Below are positions 1-8,479 of a stretch of DNA of 54,925 bases, piece after piece. Each line of letters opens with the position of its first letter. Within the stretch, counting starts at the first letter, position 1. The stretch covers positions 1 to 54,925 of the forward strand of contig CAYWGM010000003.1 in assembly GCA_964457875.1 (NCBI GenBank), read 5' to 3'. A program made the position numbers and the translations under genes. The stretch comes from an uncultured Eubacteriales bacterium. GTDB lineage: Bacteria > Bacillota > Clostridia > Acetivibrionales > CAYWGM01. The notes beneath the pieces were generated by a model. It was not told the DNA's origin. It saw only the letters and a program-made list of their open reading frames with translations, and did no database searches.

Positions 1-157
1 CTGTATCTATTTTTCTGTTTAAGATGTCATGTCCTTCGGCAACGATCTGTATCTTCCGATTAATGTCCTCGGTAATCACTCCCATATGCCGTTTGACTTC
101 ATCGACCTTGGTATCAAACATATCCTTTATCTTTACAAGCATCTCATCATTATCCAT
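1..157 (-). CDS. hypothetical small protein, N-terminal part only (gene runs off the left edge)
   Basis: ATG at 157-155 with AGGAG 8 nt upstream. Reads MDNDEMLVKIKDMFDTKVDEVKRHMGVITEDINRKIQIVAEGHDILNRKIDT..., with a heptad-like charged/hydrophobic pattern. Absent from the ORF track because the truncated piece is under 60 aa. Confidence 0.35.
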   Translation of the reverse strand, partial: MDNDEMLVKIKDMFDTKVDEVKRHMGVITEDINRKIQIVAEGHDILNRKIDT

Positions 158-241
158 AAACTCTACTCCTGTAAAATTTTGCTAATTATACTATATCACA
201 TGACAAGCAATTTGAGAATATGTATTTTATCTATTCCTGGA

Positions 242-1306
242 TTAATTTACCACTGTATGATCATTGGTTAAGCTCGCTTCAAGCTCAGTTATTATCCCGC
301 TCAAAGCATTCATGGCCTCAATCCTTGATGAGTGTGCACTCCAGCCTGATTTCTGCAGCAACTCTTGTAGTTCATGGTCGAACAGATCAATCCTGTTCTG
401 AATACTTGGGGCATGCCGGGTGAAGATGGTCTGTCTATACCCCTGAGTAACTGTTACGGATACCGATTCTGCCATGAACCAGTCCCCTACTATTGTCAGG
501 CTTTCCTTCGTGTCTTTGCTGACAACTATCTGCACCTTATCATCAGGCATGGATTCCAGGAATTCTATCAAAGACCTGATACGGACTAACTGAGCAGCAG
601 CACTGTGTTTGCCTTTGATCATATAAGGATCGATTATCAGGCGGCATCCGTTCTCCCGAGCATGTTTCTCCAGAGCCAGACGTTCATTGCGCTGGCATCT
701 GCAGTGGTGATCGCTGCGTGTAAAAGGTGCGTACCGTTCTTTCCATACCGGATCGGTGATCACCTTATCCGGAATATGAAAAGAGCTCAAAGCCCCCTTT
801 TGCCGGACACATCCGTACATATCCAACGACGATACCTTCTCAGCGTACCCCGCCATCATCATGGCGCGGTCTTCGGCCAGCTCGGCGCATTGGAACAAGG
901 CATACGATATATCCCGGTACCGGTTTATCAGGTTTTCAAATACTTTCATTGACAGCTGTTCTCTGACCCTGCTCATATCCTCGCTCAATTGTATGGCATG
1001 AAGTGTCTGGATCATTTCTCCCGGCAACGTATCCCTCGTTACAGGCAGTACAGGGATATTAAGAGCCATAGCGTATCCTATCTCCTGATGCACCCAGCCT
1101 CTTTTGCCCGAGGCAGATGTGATTATCGGCATGAAGACATGCGCATGCGCGATAAATGCTTGTATCTGCTCATGAAAGCCCGTCCCGAATGAAAGGTTCT
1201 TGTCCCACATCGGAATCAGCCCGTTTTCTTTGAGTACGGTCACAATCTCGTCGACAAGTTCCCGATCCTTATGCGCATAGCTGATGAATACACGGTATTC
1301 GTCCAT
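242..1306 (-). CDS. TIR domain-containing protein with an uncharacterised ~220 aa C-terminal domain
   Basis: 354 aa ORF. The N-terminus RVFISYAHKD...HVFMPIITSASGKRGWVHQEIGYA matches the bacterial TIR pattern (F-I-S-Y/H start strand; S-x-x-W-x-x-x-E with the conserved Glu). I cannot place residues ~130-354 in any family. The ATG at 1306 is 1 nt downstream of the nrdR stop (TGAtATG). Confidence 0.8.
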   Translation of the reverse strand: MDEYRVFISYAHKDRELVDEIVTVLKENGLIPMWDKNLSFGTGFHEQIQAFIAHAHVFMPIITSASGKRGWVHQEIGYAMALNIPVLPVTRDTLPGEMIQTLHAIQLSEDMSRVREQLSMKVFENLINRYRDISYALFQCAELAEDRAMMMAGYAEKVSSLDMYGCVRQKGALSSFHIPDKVITDPVWKERYAPFTRSDHHCRCQRNERLALEKHARENGCRLIIDPYMIKGKHSAAAQLVRIRSLIEFLESMPDDKVQIVVSKDTKESLTIVGDWFMAESVSVTVTQGYRQTIFTRHAPSIQNRIDLFDHELQELLQKSGWSAHSSRIEAMNALSGIITELEASLTNDHTVVN

Positions 1307-1307
1307 A

Positions 1308-1763
1308 TCATTTTTCCCTGAGAAGTTTGTTCAACTCGTCCATGAATGTATTTATATCTTTAAATTGTCTGTATACTGAAGCAAATCTGACATATGCGAC
1401 CTCGTCGAGGGATTTGAGCCTGGATATCGCCAACTCGCCGATATCCCTTGATGTAACTTCGCGCTGCAGCGTATTCGATAACTGCGCTTCTATATCGTCG
1501 ACGATCTTTTCGAGTTCCGACATCGGCACAGGCCTTTTCTCACAAGCCTTCATCAGGCCGCCAAGCAATTTCTCACGGTCAAAGGGCTCGCGTGACTTGT
1601 CCTTTTTTATGACCATAACAGGAATATTCTCGACCTTTTCATATGTCGTGAACCTCTTCAGACAGTTGGAACACTCCCTGCGCCTTCTGATAGCCGTACC
1701 CTCTTCTGTCGGTCTGGAGTCTATGACCCTGTCGTCTTCGAAACCGCAAAACGGACACTTCAT
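1308..1763 (-). CDS. nrdR: transcriptional repressor NrdR (zinc ribbon + ATP-cone)
   Basis: [39 protein letters not shown] is the canonical NrdR N-terminus. 151 aa. Confidence 0.97.
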   Translation of the reverse strand: MKCPFCGFEDDRVIDSRPTEEGTAIRRRRECSNCLKRFTTYEKVENIPVMVIKKDKSREPFDREKLLGGLMKACEKRPVPMSELEKIVDDIEAQLSNTLQREVTSRDIGELAISRLKSLDEVAYVRFASVYRQFKDINTFMDELNKLLREK

Positions 1764-1825
1764 GATGTTATTTACCTCATTTAAATCCTATCATTCAAGA
1801 CATGATATTTCAAGAATTTGTTTGA

Positions 1826-2086
1826 TCAGTCGAAATACCTTCGGATGAATCTTTCATCGAGTTCCACCAGCACTATATCTTCACCGATTTTCCTGATTTT
1901 CTCCCATGGGATCACCAATTCATTATCTTTCCCTATTAAACCCAGAAGCCTTCCGGATCCCGGAATTACAATGGAATCGATCTTGCCTTCATCAAAATCA
2001 ATTTCTACATCATTTATGAATCCAAGACGACGGCCGTCACCAAGATTGATTACTTCCTTTTGTCTGAGTTCGGAAGCCCGATTCAT
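1826..2086 (-). CDS. ylmC: YlmC/YmxH family sporulation protein (PRC-barrel)
   Basis: 86 aa. SELRQKEVINLGDGRRLGFINDVEIDFDEGKIDSIVIPG is the typical YlmC/YmxH signature. Lies next to sigG, as in other sporeformers. Confidence 0.85.
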   Translation of the reverse strand: MNRASELRQKEVINLGDGRRLGFINDVEIDFDEGKIDSIVIPGSGRLLGLIGKDNELVIPWEKIRKIGEDIVLVELDERFIRRYFD

Positions 2087-2125
2087 ATATGCTTATAAAC
2101 CCTCCGGCGTTCAATATATACCTAT

Positions 2126-2899
2126 TCAGATATATTTGCGCATATGCATCAACGCCGTTTTTTCGAGCCTCGAAACTTGTGCCTGCGAAATGCCTATCTC
2201 ATTGGCGACTTCCATCTGGGTCCTGCCCTCAAAGAACCTGAGGTTTAATATATGTTTCTCGCGTTCGTTCAGTTTCCTCATAGCCTCTTTTAAAGATATC
2301 TCTTCAAGCCAGTTCTCTTCATGATTCTTATCGTCGCTTACCTGGTCCATTACATAGATTGCGTCGCCGCCGTCATGATAAACAGATTCGAATAGGGAGA
2401 TGGGATCCTGTATCGCATCCAGCGCGAAAACCACTTCCTCTTTTGGCAGGTTCAGTTGTTGTGATATCTCCATTATTGTTGGTTCTTTAGAATTTTGTGT
2501 CATCAGTTTCTCTTTTGCCTGAAGGGCCTTGTATGCGATATCCCTGAGTGATCTGCTCACGCGGATGGAATTGTTGTCCCGCAGATATCTCCTGATTTCG
2601 CCTATGATCATGGGAACGGCATAGGTAGAAAACTTGACGTTCTGACTCACATCGAAGTTATCGATGGCTTTAATCAAGCCTATGCAACCTACCTGGAACA
2701 GATCGTCCACATACTCGCCGCGGTTGTTGAACCTCTGAATAACACTTAATACAAGCCTCAGGTTACCATTTATGAATTCTTCCCTTGCAGAAGAATCTCC
2801 TTGGCTCATCCTGTCGAAAAGCACTTTCTTTTGTTCATTGGTCAGAACAGGCAGTTTTGAGGTGTTCACCCCGCAAATCTCTACTTTGTTGGCAAGCAT
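2126..2899 (-). CDS. sigG: RNA polymerase sporulation sigma factor SigG
   Basis: The N-terminus NKVEICGVNTSKLPVLTNEQKKVLF closely parallels B. subtilis SigG. Sigma-70 regions 2-4 are present. Sits directly after sigE. Confidence 0.93.
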   Translation of the reverse strand: MLANKVEICGVNTSKLPVLTNEQKKVLFDRMSQGDSSAREEFINGNLRLVLSVIQRFNNRGEYVDDLFQVGCIGLIKAIDNFDVSQNVKFSTYAVPMIIGEIRRYLRDNNSIRVSRSLRDIAYKALQAKEKLMTQNSKEPTIMEISQQLNLPKEEVVFALDAIQDPISLFESVYHDGGDAIYVMDQVSDDKNHEENWLEEISLKEAMRKLNEREKHILNLRFFEGRTQMEVANEIGISQAQVSRLEKTALMHMRKYI

Positions 2900-2934
2900 G
2901 GCAGAAAACCTCCCGGCGACAATTTGACACTAAT

Positions 2935-2963
2935 CATTATTGCCACGGGATAATTTTTTATAC
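2935..2963 (-). promoter_or_regulatory. candidate forespore (sigma-F/sigma-G type) promoter of sigG
   Basis: Minus strand reads GTATA - 14 nt - GGCAATAATG about 35 nt upstream of the sigG ATG. This resembles the GYATA / GGnnAnAnT forespore promoter pattern. Confidence 0.35.
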
Positions 2964-2982
2964 TGCGGAAAAACATTATTAA

Positions 2983-3714
2983 TCAGGAAAGCCGGCTGAT
3001 TTCCTTCTTCAATCTGCCTATGATCCTCTTCTCGAGGCGTGAAATATATGATTGAGAAATTCCCAGCAGATCAGCTACCTCTTTCTGCGTTCTCTCAACC
3101 CCGGTTTTCAATCCGAACCTGAGCTCCATTATCTTATTTTCGCGAAGAGTTAGTTTTTTCATAGCAGAATTCAGAAGTTCTTTGTCAATTTCATCTTCAA
3201 GGCTCCTATGTATCATATCATTTTCAGTACCGAGGACGTCAGACAGGAGCAATTCGTTCCCATCCCAGTCGATATTCAACGGTTCGTCAATTGATATTTC
3301 GGTCTTGGTCCTGTTGTTTCGCCTCAAATACATCAAGATCTCATTTTCTATGCACCTTGAAGCATATGTGGCAAGCTTGATGTTTCTGGTGGGATTGAAT
3401 GTGTTTATCGCTTTGATCAGGCCTATTGTACCTATAGAAACAAGATCTTCAATACCTACTCCTGTATTCTCGAATTTCCTTGCAATGTACACTACCAGCC
3501 GCAGGTTTCGCTCGATAAGGATCTGCTTTACGCTAAAATCCTGTTTTTTTAGTTCATCGAGCAGGTAATTCTCCTCATCTACGCTAAGCGGCGGAGGAAG
3601 CGCTTCAGTTCCCCCGATATAGAATATTTTTTCAGCTTTTATCAAGCCGATCCTTGAAAGTAATGTCAATACCCTGATGACAAACAATACCTTGATCAGT
3701 TTGAGCCACTCCAT
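2983..3714 (-). CDS. sigE: RNA polymerase sporulation sigma factor SigE (pro-sigma-E)
   Basis: Pro-sequence followed by [23 protein letters not shown], as in B. subtilis pro-sigma-E. Lies downstream of spoIIGA. Confidence 0.93.
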   Translation of the reverse strand: MEWLKLIKVLFVIRVLTLLSRIGLIKAEKIFYIGGTEALPPPLSVDEENYLLDELKKQDFSVKQILIERNLRLVVYIARKFENTGVGIEDLVSIGTIGLIKAINTFNPTRNIKLATYASRCIENEILMYLRRNNRTKTEISIDEPLNIDWDGNELLLSDVLGTENDMIHRSLEDEIDKELLNSAMKKLTLRENKIMELRFGLKTGVERTQKEVADLLGISQSYISRLEKRIIGRLKKEISRLS

Positions 3715-3746
3715 GATTAATCCCCTTTCTACTGCCGTATTTTAGA

Positions 3747-4643
3747 TCATACCAGCTCCGAGCCTATCAATGCCATGTAACTGTCGTTCCTTGAGAGTAC
3801 TCTTCTGCAAACGCCTATTATAGCGTTGTCCGCCATATGGTTCGTTTTCTCACCGATCTCAACATAATCAGGTTTAAATCCAATCATCATGCCATTTTCT
3901 CTGCCGATGGAAGAGAATGGTATCAACCTGAACCTGTTCATCCAAATTGATTTGGAAATGACTGAAGATACCGTATCCAAATCCTCTTCCTTCGAATCAT
4001 TGAACACCCTGCGAATTTCTTCGGGCAGAACGTCTTTAAGCGCCCTGTATTCAACTACTATAACAGGAAGATTGCTCAACGGGTCTGTCAAATGATTCCC
4101 CGTATCGACCAGCGCCTGAATGTCTATCTGTTGTTTTTCAAATCGGATCTTCAGGTTCACCAGCATCTTTTCTCTGGATAACCTTTTACCAATTATCTCC
4201 CACAGTGTCCGCAAGATCATAATGGCAAAAGTTATCCCAAGGAATATGCTGCCCAGACTGGAACTGGGTATATGAAATATGCCGTTTTGTATCAGACCTG
4301 AATCAGCTGAACTAAAAAATACGAACGCAAAAGTTGTTCCGGCGAAAACCATGGTAACTGCGTAGAATATTGCCAATATCCTTAAGAATGCTTTAAATCC
4401 GGGTATCCTGAACGATAGCGCGATTATTGCGAACGAAAGCAATACTTTTGCAGGTAAGCTAAAATAAATCCTTATATCGGGGAGAAATACGAGCAAACAC
4501 GCATATACGGCGCCCAACCCTGCGCCTGCCAGGAGCCTTAGACTGGTAGTCTGTTGTCTTACCAGCTTCGAGGTGATAAATAATATCAAATAATTGACAA
4601 CTATGTTTTCAAGCAATAATACATCAATATAGATATCCACCAA
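3747..4643 (-). CDS. spoIIGA: sigma-E processing peptidase SpoIIGA
   Basis: Polytopic N-terminal membrane domain plus a C-terminal aspartic protease motif, LVDTGNHLTDP. GTG start. Position between ftsZ and sigE. Confidence 0.85.
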   Translation of the reverse strand: MVDIYIDVLLLENIVVNYLILFITSKLVRQQTTSLRLLAGAGLGAVYACLLVFLPDIRIYFSLPAKVLLSFAIIALSFRIPGFKAFLRILAIFYAVTMVFAGTTFAFVFFSSADSGLIQNGIFHIPSSSLGSIFLGITFAIMILRTLWEIIGKRLSREKMLVNLKIRFEKQQIDIQALVDTGNHLTDPLSNLPVIVVEYRALKDVLPEEIRRVFNDSKEEDLDTVSSVISKSIWMNRFRLIPFSSIGRENGMMIGFKPDYVEIGEKTNHMADNAIIGVCRRVLSRNDSYMALIGSELV

Positions 4644-4728
4644 TTATACCCCACATGCAGACAATCCCCTGATTTTACTATATTCATATGCTTGTAGACT
4701 TATACCGTTATTCACATGGCTAAATTAA

Positions 4729-4762
4729 ATATTAATGGCAATAGAAAGGATATACTGTCGAA
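4729..4762 (-). promoter_or_regulatory. candidate spoIIG promoter with a Spo0A box overlapping the -35
   Basis: Perfect 0A box TGTCGAA at 4756-4762 (plus strand), read as TTCGACA on the gene strand and containing a -35-like TCGACA. A 21 nt spacer follows, then TAATAT (4734-4729). Confidence 0.35.
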
Positions 4763-4801
4763 ATGATATGTCTGGAATGATTTTTTTAAAGACAAAAAAC
4801 G

Positions 4802-5893
4802 CTATTTAAAACGGTTTTTCCTTAAAAAAGCCGGAACATCAAGCTCATCGAAGTTGACATCAAATGAGGATATCTTTTCTGTCGGCGTTTTCAGAACTGA
4901 TGATTTTTCAGTGCCCTTATCAGCTTTCTTGAATACCGGGCCTTTTTCAAAGCCTGTGGCAATGACGGTTATCATCATCTCATCTTTCATATTCTCATCG
5001 ATAACTGCCCCGACAATTATGTTGGCATCAGGATCGACCGATTTCTGTATGAGTTCGGCAGCAAGATTCACTTCAAAAAGCCCCATATCGGGGCTGCCTG
5101 TAATATTGAGCAAAACCCTGCTGGCCCCTTCGATGGATGTTTCGAGCAATGGACTGGAAACAGCCTGCTTGGCAGCATCTTCAGCCTTACCTTCCCCATT
5201 TGCCCTGCCAATGCCCATATGGGCAATGCCCGTATTCAGCATAACAGTTTTCACATCGGCAAAATCAAGGTTGATAAGACCCGGAACAGCAATTAAATCA
5301 GATATTCCCTGTACTCCTTGCCTTAGGACATCGTCAGCCATTCTGAACGCATCTATAAAAGAAGTTTTTTTATCGGCAACCTGAAGAAGACGGTCGTTAG
5401 GGATCGTCACAAGCGTGTCAACAGTACCTTTGAGGCTTTCAAGGCCTCTTTCGGCATATTGCATCCTTTTTCTGCCTTCAAAAGCAAAGGGCTTTGTGAC
5501 GACTCCCACAGTCAATATGCCCATATCCCTCGCTATCTGGGCAATAATTGGCGTTGCTCCGGTTCCCGTTCCCCCGCCCATACCGGCTGTGATGAAAACC
5601 ATATCCGCGCCTTTTATTGACTGGGAAATCTCTTCCTTGCTTTCATTGGCAGCTTTTTCCCCAACCTCGGGATTTGCTCCGGCACCAAGACCTCTTGTAA
5701 GCTTGTCCCCTATTTGGATCTTTATATTGGCTTTAGACATGAACAAAGCCTGTTTATCAGTGTTGATTGATATAAATTCAACGCCTTTAAGACCTGCGGA
5801 AATCATCCTGTTAACTGCGTTATTCCCGCCGCCTCCGACGCCTATCACTTTTAATTGTGCGAATTGCTCCATATCGATATCAAATTCCAGCAA
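4802..5893 (-). CDS. ftsZ: cell division protein FtsZ
   Basis: [13 protein letters not shown] and [12 protein letters not shown] tubulin signature motifs. TTG start with GAGGAGGAG 6 nt upstream. Confidence 0.98.
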   Translation of the reverse strand: MLEFDIDMEQFAQLKVIGVGGGGNNAVNRMISAGLKGVEFISINTDKQALFMSKANIKIQIGDKLTRGLGAGANPEVGEKAANESKEEISQSIKGADMVFITAGMGGGTGTGATPIIAQIARDMGILTVGVVTKPFAFEGRKRMQYAERGLESLKGTVDTLVTIPNDRLLQVADKKTSFIDAFRMADDVLRQGVQGISDLIAVPGLINLDFADVKTVMLNTGIAHMGIGRANGEGKAEDAAKQAVSSPLLETSIEGASRVLLNITGSPDMGLFEVNLAAELIQKSVDPDANIIVGAVIDENMKDEMMITVIATGFEKGPVFKKADKGTEKSSVLKTPTEKISSFDVNFDELDVPAFLRKNRFK

Positions 5894-5977
5894 GATTACT
5901 CCTCCTCTTTATCGGAAGTATATTATAAATAATATAGTATTGTTCATTAACACGCAAGTTCATAAATAAACAAAATG

Positions 5978-7213
5978 TTAAAAAAAACTCTTTATCAATC
6001 GTTTGAACCCTGATAGAAAACCTTTTCTTTCAGTATCTCTTTTCTTGTTATCCTGAATCCTGCGAAGGTTTACAGCACTGCTCTTATTCAGAGTCGATAT
6101 GTATTTTATAATACCTGCGGCGACTGCATATTCAGGCTTGGAAATTCCAAACTGTTTATATGAAGCCACTCGCGCCGGCATGTTGAAAATACCCGAGGCC
6201 AGCTGCTTGTTACCATCGACATAGGATATGCCTCCTCCGGTAAGGACAAGGCCGGCATCACATTTGATATTCACCTTGCTCTTAAGAAGCTGGTTCCTGC
6301 AAAGCGCGAATATCTCGCATACTCTCGCTTCGATTATTTCAACGACTTCCGAAACCTTGACATTCCGGCTGCTGCTTTCGCCCAGATCGTGCAGAAGCAC
6401 TTCCTGATCATTTTTTATAAGGGAAGTCAATGCCAACTCATATTGCCTTTTAATTTTTTCGGCTTCCAGATAAGGTATTTTCAATCCGATAGAAATATCA
6501 TTCGTGATATGTTCACCGCCTACCGGAATGGAATTATAATATTGCAGTTTTTTATTCTTAAATATGGATATATCAGTTATACTGCCGCCTATATCAATCA
6601 ATACTACGCCTGCCTCCTTTTCGTCGGAAGTCAGCGCAATCTCACCTGATGCGAAAGCCTCGGCGACAATACCGTCGATCTTGATTCCTGTCCGCTCGAA
6701 AGTCTTCAGGATGTTCTGGACTGAAGTAATCTTGGCAGTCACGACGTCTGCTTCAACTTCAAGCACATTGCCGATCATTCCGGCCGGATCGACGATCTCA
6801 TCAAATCCGTCAATGACGTATTGTTTTGGGATTACGTCAATGATGCACCTGTCGTCAGGTACCGGTATTTCCTTGACGGTTTGCAGTATCTTTTCCACAT
6901 CCCTTGAAGTTATTTCTCTTTTTTCACCGGAAATGGCAATAGAAGCCCTGTTATTCACCACTTCGACATGCGATGCGATTATATTGGCAAAGGCCGACAC
7001 TATCTTAACTCCGGCTGCAGTTTCCGCTTCTTCTATGGATTTTTTTAAGGATGCCGAGATGCTTTCGATATCGACAATTATCCCTTTTCTGACGCCACTG
7101 CAAGGAACAAAACCTTTTCCTACTATTTGAAGTTGGCTTATCTTGCCGACCCTTCCTATAAGCGTGCAAACCTTGGAAGTGCCAATATCAATACCAACTA
7201 TAAAATTGTCCAC
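5978..7213 (-). CDS. ftsA: cell division protein FtsA
   Basis: GIDIGTSKV actin-like ATPase N-terminus. 411 aa, immediately upstream of ftsZ. GTG start. Confidence 0.95.
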   Translation of the reverse strand: MDNFIVGIDIGTSKVCTLIGRVGKISQLQIVGKGFVPCSGVRKGIIVDIESISASLKKSIEEAETAAGVKIVSAFANIIASHVEVVNNRASIAISGEKREITSRDVEKILQTVKEIPVPDDRCIIDVIPKQYVIDGFDEIVDPAGMIGNVLEVEADVVTAKITSVQNILKTFERTGIKIDGIVAEAFASGEIALTSDEKEAGVVLIDIGGSITDISIFKNKKLQYYNSIPVGGEHITNDISIGLKIPYLEAEKIKRQYELALTSLIKNDQEVLLHDLGESSSRNVKVSEVVEIIEARVCEIFALCRNQLLKSKVNIKCDAGLVLTGGGISYVDGNKQLASGIFNMPARVASYKQFGISKPEYAVAAGIIKYISTLNKSSAVNLRRIQDNKKRDTERKGFLSGFKRLIKSFF

Positions 7214-7238
7214 ATTAAATAAACCTCAAAAATCAGAC

Positions 7239-7595
7239 TCATTTCTCTAATATATTATCGTTTTTTAAAATTTTATTCAATACATATCTGCGGATTGTGG
7301 CGAAATTGAGGAACAGCCTGTTGCCGAAAGCAAATATTGCAGCAAGGTATATCTGTATGCCAAGCTGGTCACCTATATATGCGAGTATTGCCGCCAGAAG
7401 GGCATTCCCAAAGAAACCTGACAAAAAGATCTTCATATCAAATTTACCTTGGACACTTGCCGCTATACCTCCGAACACCGAGTCCAATGCGGCAAGTATC
7501 GCAACTGCCACATAATTCGAATACTGCGATGGTATGTTGTACGGAATGAATACTCCGATTATTATACCGATGATCAAACCCAGTATGGGCACCAT
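7239..7595 (-). CDS. sbp: small basic protein (DUF1290 / Sbp family membrane protein)
   Basis: 118 aa hydrophobic protein between ftsQ and ftsA, the position of B. subtilis ylxX/sbp. Glycine-rich TM helices. Confidence 0.8.
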   Translation of the reverse strand: MVPILGLIIGIIIGVFIPYNIPSQYSNYVAVAILAALDSVFGGIAASVQGKFDMKIFLSGFFGNALLAAILAYIGDQLGIQIYLAAIFAFGNRLFLNFATIRRYVLNKILKNDNILEK

Positions 7596-7609
7596 TGTTC
7601 CGTCCCCCC

Positions 7610-8479
7610 TTATTTATCAATTTTAAATATGGGATTCTCTCCCGTAGTAAAGTCTATCATACCTTTATCATTTTTGTTTACATGCTTAAAAAAAATCTGC
7701 TTCAGATAATCAATATTATAGACATAGCGTCCCGGTTCTCCGAGATTTACCCTGATCCTCGAATCCAGCAACAATTTACAGCCTGAACGATCCTTCATAT
7801 CAATACTGCTGATGCGGCTCCATAAATCAAGCTTGTCCTTATTATCGCTATTACTTATTACAGCAGCAAGCAAGACGGCATCTGCAAAGCGATCCTGATC
7901 GTCTGTGTTCATTTGGCGGCCGGGTTCGCAATTATTAACTGAAATGCCCTGTAAAACAGGTATTTTAATATCGGCCTGATTCTTTACCGTCCTGAGAACA
8001 TATGATTCCTCATCCACGACCAGAAAGGCTCCCATATAAGGGATCAGAAACAACGGCTTCCTTTCCCCGATACGTATCACAACCCTGTTGGGAGGATGGA
8101 AGCAGACATCTGCAGATTTTATCAAAGGGAACGCGGCAATTATCTTCCGGCCTGCATTGACCATTTTCAGGCCGAATCCATCAGTCGGTAACATACTCGA
8201 TTTTCTGAAACCGTTTGTTCCGATTTCTACTCCTGATGTTTTGACTATTGTTTGCCGATCAAAGCTTTCGTTCCCGATAACATCTATAGACTCTATATTA
8301 AAGTATGGTGAGAAAGTCAGAAATACTAAAAGTGCGATTAGGACAGCAACGGATGAGATTATCCTGATGTATATCCGCACAGTCTTTTTTCTCTTTTTAT
8401 TCCTGATCTTTTTGTAAATCTTTTTCCTCCCTTCTGATGTCAGCACCAAGGATATTGAGCTTTTTTTCAATCTCCTCAT
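7610..8479 (-). CDS. ftsQ: cell division protein FtsQ/DivIB (POTRA domain)
   Basis: Basic cytoplasmic N-terminus, a single TM, then an extracellular POTRA-like region. Correct dcw position. The start is uncertain because an ATG at 8479 gives an 83 nt overlap with murA. Confidence 0.8.
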   Translation of the reverse strand: MRRLKKSSISLVLTSEGRKKIYKKIRNKKRKKTVRIYIRIISSVAVLIALLVFLTFSPYFNIESIDVIGNESFDRQTIVKTSGVEIGTNGFRKSSMLPTDGFGLKMVNAGRKIIAAFPLIKSADVCFHPPNRVVIRIGERKPLFLIPYMGAFLVVDEESYVLRTVKNQADIKIPVLQGISVNNCEPGRQMNTDDQDRFADAVLLAAVISNSDNKDKLDLWSRISSIDMKDRSGCKLLLDSRIRVNLGEPGRYVYNIDYLKQIFFKHVNKNDKGMIDFTTGENPIFKIDK

